Positions 54,395-64,000 of a DNA stretch of 64,000 nucleotides are shown here, one piece after another. Position 1 is the stretch's first letter. Every line of letters starts with the position of its first letter. Origin of the DNA: Raillietiella orientalis (lineage: Eukaryota). Both the position numbers and the translations under genes were made by a program. A model generated the notes under the pieces. The model was not told the DNA's origin, searched no databases, and saw only the letters and a list, made by a program, of their open reading frames with translations. The stretch covers positions 248,001 to 312,000 of the forward strand of contig JAYWIR010000080.1 of NCBI GenBank assembly GCA_036172245.1, written 5' to 3'.

Positions 54395-57300
54395 TTAAAT
54401 ACTACTTAATTAATGATACATATATTTATATGACCATCACAGCAGTGAAAAGTTGAGTAGAATTTTCGCTATATAATTTCGCTCACAAAAATTAATTACT
54501 GTAAAATACTTTGTTTTCCCATTCTCTGATTTCATTTCGACTAATGAGTTTCACAAACAAATTTGTGCTGCTTATTTAGCACCCTTGCAAAATCATAGTC
54601 CCACAGACTTGTAGAAAGATCAAATTTTTATTTGTATGGTACTTTACACTTTCATGGTCATTAGGAAGCATAAGAGTGGCTCTTGCTTTCGGATGCCGTG
54701 AGGAAGTAGAGAGACGGAAATCCACGAAGAAAGAGCATTCGTAGATAAGGGTGTGAGCCATCTCTACAGCCTCCTCAGCGAATATCCAGTAGACTATTGT
54801 GTATTTACTAATATTCTACACATTTATGGTATTCATAAATCAGAGTAAAATTGAATTTCTCTTCCGCAGAAAGACTTATAAACATTTCCTGGAATGCCAG
54901 TGTGAAATAAATACATTTAATTAAAGGAAGTGTTTACATACTTTTATGACTAAATATTAAAGTTATTGTAATAAAAGAACATCCCTAGGAATTCTTAGGT
55001 AGCACTTTTTTTTTGAAGAATTTGATGCGTTGCTATTTTTATTCATGATGACTGCAAAGACACGACCAGCTTCAAAGAGAGAAGCAAAACATTACGGCAA
55101 GCAAAGGCCATGCTCTCACTATCTCGTGAGAGCATCTTTGCATTCCATTAATCACGAAGGAAATTTAAAAGAGCGAACATCCCTGAAATTATTAAAATTG
55201 TAATTCCTGAAATCAATCTCTCAAACTGAAGAATGGATCAAGAATCTACATGTGACCTTAGCTCAGAAAAGTAGCAATTGGCTTTCCATTGGGTATTTTT
55301 CTATAAGCTTAACCTAAAGCGCCTAATGTAAAAAATCGAAGTCTCTCCCCTCCTATCTAAACTATTTCTTCACATACAGTATTGGGTAGTTGCGCTTCTA
55401 CGTCGGAAGTTTTCGTAGGGGCAAGACACAAGATAGCTGTGGCACGGTTTACAGCTGCTAAGTGTCTCGGCTCCGGTCTGGCACCAAGAAAAGAAGCAAG
55501 CATCAAACAAGAACATCCAGAATAGGGCAGTTCTGCGGCGTTGAGAAATCCCTGTCCAGGTTGCATAGTTAATATGATTTGATTTTGCTTTGGTTTTTCA
55601 GTTTCTCAGGGGAAAAAAAGTCCAGTTAGCAGAATAGCACAAGCTAAAATCCTTGATCTATCCTTAGGAATGGACAAGGATTAAACTCAGGGCGTCTGTC
55701 TGCTGTATAGTTATCCCAAAAATTAGAAAAAAAAATTGTTGATCTTACGGACAATACACACACACAAAAAAGAAATCATCAAGGAATAGTACCGAAATGA
55801 ATTAATAAAGGTACAATATCTGTTCGCAGTGCACAGAATTCTCCACATAAATGATAGGTGTGAAGGAATAAGTGCTGCCTTATTGCTTTCAAGGGAATCC
55901 CCACTCTTCATGATGACTCACAAATGGAAACTGCTACAGAAGAAAAACAGAGCCCAGTCTTTTCTCTGAGCAACCTCCAACAGCATGTGGAAGTTTGAGC
56001 ATTTTCCGAGTTCTCATCGTTTCTTCTGGATCGTTGAAACCACGAAGCACGTGACAGTGCGATTCGGGTGATTCCGCGAGTTTTTCTCGTGCTTTCCTCA
56101 CTTCTCATTTGGTATTCTAAGTACACATCGTCTTTTTATTCTTGAGTCCAGGATTACATTGTATGAACTGCAGCTACGACGACAAGTGGAATCTCAAGAC
56201 GCCGTCCTATATGACTCCACTGCTTTCTGTACCACCTTTTTGAATTTCGATCACTTGCGCAGCCAACTGAACAAAGAGACGAGAAAAGCTGACCACACTC
56301 CGTCAGAAGAGAGAGGGAATATCCACAGGACGTAAAAAGCGAGATCCCGATTTCACATGCTTAACCGGTAACCTTGAATAAGGAAAAGGCAGAAACTTCA
56401 AAAGACAAAAGATCCCATTTTCAGCTCCTGTTAACGCATTCCGTATCGATTTGGAACGACACCGTCACTTGTGATTCCTCGGAAGAATCGAGGGATGCAG
56501 GATAGATGGGAAATCGAATTCAACGGAATGCTATTGAGATTTCATAAACAAAGACCGTTGGAAATAAATGAGGCCTTGCGCCTTGTCTGCTTGTGAGACT
56601 GACATGCATTTTGCATTACACATCGCAGAAGAGTCCACAACCGTGACTCACATATTCTGGACTCACTACGCAGAAACGCTCGATGGCGACGATTGAGATA
56701 TGCACCTTAATGACTACGTGCATAGAATCCGGGTAAGATAGACACCTATGTGGACCAACGGGCAAGGGAGATAACGCAAACGGAAAAGATCACAATGGCA
56801 AAGGATTTCAGCTGCTTGAATACAATTTTCATGGATAGAAAGGAGTTTCGGCCTCAGTCGTGGTGTCCCACATCGAAGAGCATCTGATAACCGTGTAGGC
56901 AATTAGTAACACATTCGTACTTGATAGTGAAAACGGAAAGAAGTAGATAAATAAGATAGCAGCTAGAATCAGCAGGACGCTGCACTCTGAAGGCTACTGC
57001 GAACTCAGAACAGTGTGACTGCAGGTCAAGATCCTGCTCCCTTGTTCTGTGTTCCTCCGATGACGAGATGTGATTTTCCCCACCAACAAACCTTGAAAGA
57101 ATCTTCCCTTCTTTCCCACCAGAAGGCATTCCCAAAGCACTTGAGGAAGCGTAAGGAACAAGAAGGAATGGGGTGGATGACGCTCGGAAGAGAACAGCCA
57201 TCATAGGATTTCCAGAGCACTGATTGTAGCAATTATTAGAACCTTAGAAATTCAGTACGCAAACATTCCCGTTTTTGCTTGGCAATGTATTATGATACGT

Positions 57301-58440
57301 AGTCAACGCAGGGAAAAACAGACAAATCTCGTCATCATTCGTGAACTTTTGCTGACGATGCATTCAAAGTGCACAATTTACTATTAGGTGTGAAATACTA
57401 AAACAAGGTATTTCCTTTTGCATGCTGATGATGAAAAAAGTGCTCAGTAATTATTCGCTGTGAAACAATAAAACCGCAAAGTCCACTCTATCCGTCCAAG
57501 TCAGATACACCTCCGCTGCTCTTCAGGATGCTTCCTGCTTCCTACCTAATGGCACATTGGATCCTTCTCCTCGCGCGGAAATGCATAAACATTCTCTCTC
57601 TTTTTTTTTTAAATCCCTACGCACCCTTGCTCTTGAAGGTACCCATCAGGGAGCTGCGATTCCTCACAGCTCTCCTTGGCAGCTCGAATAAGCGATGCTC
57701 GGCGATGCTCACCAACCGTCGTTTCAAAAGGTGCAACCGAATTTTCCAAAATTCGCATTACCTCCGTAACTTCATCCTTTTCCCTATCCATATGCACTTC
57801 TCCCTTCCTCGTAGAGGACACGGAAAGGAATTAGAATGAAAGTATCCCCTGACCATGTGAGCGTAGACTTCTCTGCCCCATTCATCTTGCCATTATGAGT
57901 CCTGCCCCCTACTTGTCAACGGCTGAGGGTCTTGCCGGGTAAAATAAACAAATGCAGTTAAAAAATCTGTCCCCACGTTAAGAGTGCTGTCGTATGCAGT
58001 TTCTTTCATGCTTCATTCAAAGGCATCAAATCCTTCTTTGCGCGTTTCGGATCTGCAGAGGTTAAGGTCATGATGGATGCAATGCATCTTGCTGACTGCA
58101 CCTCCTCAACGATAGTTACAAACTGCTCTTTTTTTCCACCACCACCCCTTTTTTCTTTCTTTCCTTTTTTGGCATTTTCTTGAGATAGTTTGGAGATATT
58201 TGAGAAGAACGAGGAAAGGGTTTCCCCGTCAAAATACGTTTTATCAAAATACGTTGCAGTCGATCGCTCAAAACTCGCTACGTGTCTTCTGCACAAATCG
58301 TGCATCCGTCTCTTAAAGGTTCGAGCCTTTAGACACGACAAGCGGCGTGTGCAACGGATTACAGAGTTTCCGGAGCATCTTAACTCATTTGGGTTTTATC
58401 TCACAATCTGCTTGAACTCCTTGCCCTACCCTCTCCAAGT

Positions 58441-58492
58441 AGTCTGAGAATAAGTCTCAGAATAAGTACTCTTAGAATAAGTCTGAGAATAA
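58441..58492. repeat. Short tandem repeat, ~12-bp unit (agaataagtct) x ~4
   Basis: agtctgagaataagtctcagaataagtactcttagaataagtctgagaataa. Confidence 0.85.
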
Positions 58493-58767
58493 ACTATCTC
58501 CACGCTTTAGCCCTGACTGAGATCAATGTTAGAGCAAAGCTTTCCGAAGAAAGACTTTGCTCTCAGTTTTCCATGTAGGCTAACCCTAGACTAATCTAGG
58601 AGATCAGCTTCCATTTTCTTTTCCAGAAGATATTTTGGGTGTTGCTATGTCGACAATTCGTGTGTGTTTTCCTCTTACCATTGTAAAGTTAACAAGAATT
58701 ATGCATGACTTGCTTTGCTAAATTCTTGCCTAGTGGAAATGGAACAGTTCTTTTTATCATTTGCCCC

Positions 58768-58770
<3 letters not shown>

Positions 58771-58823
<53 letters not shown>
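58771..58823. repeat. (CT)n microsatellite
   Basis: Direct observation. Confidence 0.95.
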
Positions 58824-58825
<2 letters not shown>

Positions 58826-61800
58826 GGAACCCTTGGTCTAACTGAAAACAGAAAGAGTATACCTTTGTCCAAATTTTTTTCGAGGAAAGAGAGTTTCAGA
58901 ATTCAGCATCACCAAAGATTTTGGTATTGGACTGCAAAGGGTGGCAGCTCCCAAAAGTCCAAACCGGGATAGCGAGTAAGCCAACCCAAGATACATTCGA
59001 GATAAGTTTCCTCTTCCAAAACATGTTGCACAGCCGCTGTACCCACGAACTCGGTAGCTTGTGAGCATGGTAGTTCAAGGAGATGTCTTTGTTTACTCTC
59101 CTCGAAATCCTTGTTTACGCGTGGATTGGATTTTATTCCGCAGAACCCGATCTCATGCCTGGTGATCGCATCCAAAGCAACGGTGGAGCAAGGTCGCTCC
59201 ACTACAGCGCACGCAGTGCTCCTGCAGCAAGCTAAGCCTCTTCACATGATTCATGCAAGTTAATCTGGACGAGAATTCATGGATGGAGTGAGCACAAAAT
59301 CATGAAGGACTGGGCATTAAACAGCCCAAAAAGAAAAAGAAAAGAAACCCAATCTCTTCGCAGCAAGTAAATGGGATTTGGTTTATTTCAAGATCCCAGG
59401 TTATTTTCATCCAAGGTTACAAACTACGTTCTAAACACACACGCCCTCGCATTCATACGTTCAGAAACAAACCGGAGGGAGCGTCGTTGCTTCAAAGAAA
59501 CCCTACGAACATGAAAGCTCGAAGAGCACACACGGAGCCTCGTTTTTGTTTTACTTTCGATCCCTCCTGATGGTGGACAGCACGATGTAAGGAGGCCAGA
59601 GTGGCAGTTGGAATGCTTGCCTGCCTCCTTGGCTATCCGCAACTCCCAAGCAGTAACGAAGGATCTTTGGAAAAATCGTTCCGCGTTACTTTCCCCCAAG
59701 TTTTGAGTACGAAACAGCACAGGAAATGACTGTCGTCCCTGAGAAGAGCAAGGCTCGTGTTTTGGCTTCTCTCTCTCTCTCGTATTTTTTCAGCACTTCA
59801 AGACAAAACCCGTTGGGCTCAGCTTCAAACTAACAGTAACTGGCAACGTACATAAAATTGCCTGGCTTTTTATGTTACCGAAAAACAACTGGCGACAACA
59901 AGTTGTATTTGCATATACTGAACTTTCTTTCGTTCGTGGTATCCAGACTTCTTGAGAAGGAAAAGTTCATTGAGGGCCGCCAGCGTTTTAAACTTATGAA
60001 TCGGCACGGCGCTTAATGCATTGCGACACTCAAAGGTTCCATGTGAAGGTCACACACACACACAGAAAGACGTCCGGAAACTTGCAAGCTTCAGCTCTCT
60101 TCATTGCAGGTTTGTTTCCTCATTTCACTGCCTTGACAACCCGAACTTGCATTTCTAGTTCTTACTTCCGGATTCTTGAACTATGAAGGCCGTATCGTAG
60201 ATATCATTTGAAATCATCTCTAACCTTCGGAACTCTGAATGCTTCTCTCTTTTTATTGTTCATATATGCAATCTTTCAAAACCTCGAGCCACAGTTGAAA
60301 GCAATTAGTTTTCAGATACAGCTCACCCTATGAAACAGGAAAACCAAGAAATCCGGATCAATCACACAACACCATTTTGTGGCTTGCAACACCTATTTAC
60401 TTTTACCGCTTTAGAGCTGCTAACCGACATTCAGGAACCAATCAATTTATACGATTCATACTTTCTTCATAGTCTCCATAGAATTCATCTTCTGTGAAGA
60501 TGTCATTAAACTGCTATTTTTAAACACTAGCCTATTTCAATCAATGTAGCCCTCCACGAAGACTCGGAATCTGCTAACCATAATTATTACTCTTGCAGAA
60601 AACCCACCGAATTATCAGCCCTCTGCCGCTTTGTTGTACATTAAGTTTCTTATCTCGTTTTCAGATATTTCACTTTTTACAATCTTTTCGAAACGATGAG
60701 GCATCTGTGTGCTTCCGAAATTGAGCAAGAGAACAAAAGTTTCTTCTGATGGCATTTCCCCTTTCGTTTGCACACGTCCTTGAGAGTGGTAGCTGATGCA
60801 AAAGATCGAGTACTTTCAAAGAGTGCTCGTTCCATACTTAGTAACGAGGAAAACGTTATTTCCTAGATTCGAATGGGAAGCAATTTTTCGCTCAATTTTG
60901 TTTTATTCGGCAGTCACCTTTTCCATCAAGAACAAGATGTATACACGTGACCTCCAAAATCGCACAGGATCATCAAATGTAAACTTTCAGCCATGGATAT
61001 GAGAAATCCTGACATCGGATTGTGTTTACTTCTGCACTTGAGGTAGGTAAACCGAAGTTCAATAATCTCGTAGACCGCAACCGAAAGCTTCCCGAAGATC
61101 CAACAGAGACGAAAATGCAGCCTGTGTCACCAGAGAAACAAAGACTTTGGTTGTGATCTCTTGGCTGAAACAATGACTCAACACCAAGGATTACTCAGTT
61201 TCATAGGCAATAACGACAGATTCGGAAACTGCACTATGCAACAGAAAGATCTACTTGAAACAGCGTCGCGACATGGCTAACTCAAAAGAAGAATGTTCGA
61301 GATCACCAGGTAAGGAAAAAAAAAAACATCCAGTGAAATTGCATGTACCACAGCAAATGAGCGTTCAAGAAACAAAGTACGAGAAATACGAGTATATTTA
61401 TTTACAAGCTGCCCTTACGAAAACACACACAAAAAAAATTCGCATGGTGCTTCACACGAGGGCTGTGTCACAAAAGGACAGTAACAAGAAAAAAACACAC
61501 AAAAAAAAACTTGAAATTGCATTAAAAAAGCAGACGTTTTACCCTCAAAGTCCCGCATGGAAGTGCTGTCCTCATGCTTAATAAGAGTGCTAAAAGAAGG
61601 CAGAGGAGCATTGGAGGAAACTTACAAGATTGCAAAAGAAATACTTGATTGCTCCAGAGAAACCAGCCCAACTGGAGGACTGTTCCGAAAATCTTGGGAA
61701 ACGAAAACTTCTCTTTATGCTTAGGTAGGTAGATGCTCGTTAGTCAAAGTAGCGCTATAATGTTAAACCTTCGTTTCAAATATAAAACCTATCTATAAGT

Positions 61801-64000
61801 TTTCGGTTAATATTTCTATTGTACAGTGCGTTTGCTCTACAGCGAGCTTAATAAACACGGATAATCCTTGAACTTTTAGAACCTGCGTGCTTAGCAAATA
61901 TCTATCTTATCATCGTCTGCATGCCCTAGGCACGCACAAGTCTGCGAGAATGATCTTGAAAAGTGGGGTTAAGGCAAAGACAAAGCAGGGGGAGCAGCTG
62001 GTTGCCAGCACACGGACTGAAGCCTGCATATTAGCTGGCAAAGTGATGAAGGTCTGCAGTTGCCCGAGTCAACAGCTAGTAGTCGTCAATCAAAGGTCAC
62101 ATGGACAGCGTACTTGAAGGCATTGCGAAAAGTCAATAGGAAATGCTGTTCAGGAAGTAGTCTCTACAGAATTGTAGTAATAAGCGTGGTTTAGCATGTC
62201 AAAAGAGTAGACACTGTTACCTATGAAAGAGGGGGAATGTAGAAACGAACGTGTTTTCACAACATTATCATCCTCTTTATTGAATGGGAGAAATTTTAAT
62301 GCAAACGGTAATAACCGCATTGGATTCAATCGCAGGTTGGCTTACAATGGATTCGAAATTAAAATCAAAATTCCCATTCTCCCGAAATTGACTGATCACT
62401 ATAATTCGATCGTTACTACTGCCAATCAAAAGGAAGGCAATTTATTTTCGTACATAAATCATGTAACATGAAAATCCTTTGAACAATTCGGTCTTTGGAA
62501 ATGATTCAACATATCCTGACACTCGACAAACATAATGTTTCTCTTGGCAGTGTTTCGCTCTCGGGAGTTCTGTCGGTAAAGGAGTCCATTCCAGCTTCAT
62601 GGTAAGATAAATTTATAATAATGCTCATTTTTTCTGATAACGCACTACACTACCAACCCAGCTCCCATTGAGACGACTAGTTCCAAGACATGTCTTGAGA
62701 TGCAAACATTTTTGGAAATAAGAAGCTTCTGGAATTCGGGAGGGGGAAAGTGCAACGCCGTGCGCTCAACTTTTATACAACGTTGAAACTCCCCATAAAA
62801 CGCCAATTCACCCAAAACTGAACCACGGAGCTGTGGAACGCTTCCGTTATGAGAAATTTTGCTCATGAAAAATGTTCATATGACGAACATCAGAACACGA
62901 CACAAAGAACAGATCCGCAAAGGGAACACATCATGGGAGGAGAAATCCGTCAGCCTACGTTAACAAGTGAGCATCTGTGACAGGCCGTGACAATGTTTCC
63001 TGACTTGAGAAAACTGCAGATGATGCTTCTGATCGAATTGCGAAAAACTTTCAGGGTAAAATGCGAGCAAGATAGAAGAACATTCTGCCGTTGCTCAAGC
63101 ACTGCATACAGATGCAACAACAACGCTCCGTGAAAGATGTTTTGCACGAGAATACCACGAATCCGCCTTCCACGTAAGAATGTGCAACACCTCCATCATC
63201 AAAAATAAGAACAAGATGATAGGAAGCAGGAAGGCATAGCAGCGAGCAAAGAGCAAGCTGAATAGGGCTACGCGAGCGGAAAATCGGGGGTTAAAGGAAA
63301 AGAGATTGCGAAAAGCACGGCACTGGTGGAAGACGAAGTCAAAGCACACGGTTCGAGAAGATTCGGTTGCGGCGCTGAAAATCAATGATGCCTCCTGTTT
63401 AGAATATTCACGTCGTTGGGAGTCCAAATCCCTCACAGCTTCCTTGATGGAAAATGACTGGAGACCGTTTCGCGCTAGGCAGCGCCATCGGGGAACTTTC
63501 CGCCGTTTCGAATCGGCGACCGTCGAATGCAAACGCACGAACGGAGCTCTTCTTTCTGTTTCAGATTTCGTGCCCTTTAATTTCATTTTAATACGCCTGG
63601 GCGCCCTGGGAAGTGTGACGTTACTGAGTTGGGTAATGAGGAGGAAGAAAAAGTTCAGCTGCGGTTGCTTACAGGAACTTTTCAAGCTTTGGTAAGAGTT
63701 TGCTTCCCGGGTATTCCAGCTATGGATCCAGGTCAAATGGGAGCACGCATGACCACGAGGAAGTTTTTCCCTTCATGATTACCATCAACAAGCTTCGTTT
63801 CGTTTTTTTTTTTTTTTCTTTGCCCTTATCTCCTTACTTGCGCTTCGCTGTGCCTTACGTGCCCAATAACCGAGCAACAGTGACTATGACTATTCAGCAG
63901 TCACTCTTAAGACTGACATCAGGGTGCACAGAAAATAGGGTTCCGCTGATACTTGAAATGCACTTAACTACACTTAAGGCCAGCTATTTTTTTTTTTTTT

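Noticed and set aside
58441..58492. Short repeats considered as a CRISPR-like array
   Set aside because: Contiguous 12-bp units with no spacers, in a eukaryotic context. No CRISPR, tRNA or rRNA was recognised anywhere in the window.

Overview
Eukaryotic, arthropod-type genomic DNA with spliceosomal GT-AG introns, many only 43-57 nt long. I reconstructed four genes exon by exon. (1) Troponin T, + strand, 8296-21815: 10 coding exons, 383 aa, acidic C-terminal tail. (2) A PP2C/PPM phosphatase, - strand, 22267-23456, 317 aa. (3) The spliceosomal U5 protein DIM1/TXNL4A, - strand, 23633-27510, 142 aa. (4) A goliath/RNF150-type PA-TM-RING E3 ligase, - strand, about 42600-49213; its N-terminal exon was not found. 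The rest is mostly transposon debris (three copies of a TTAA piggyBac-type MITE; mariner, Mutator-like, gypsy and LINE remnants) and a deleted COX10 pseudogene fragment. Five observations stand out. DIM1 and PP2C lie head-to-tail only 176 bp apart and both first coding exons begin at a splice acceptor, suggesting one transcription unit for two unrelated proteins. A ~70-bp piece resembling a Wolbachia-type IS5 transposase sits inside the DIM1 intron. A hairpin loop is flipped between MITE copies. There is a diverged paralogue of the TnT alternative exon. A sharp CpG-depleted domain cuts through the TnT gene. Family assignments come from motif recall and need BLAST/HMM and RNA-seq confirmation.
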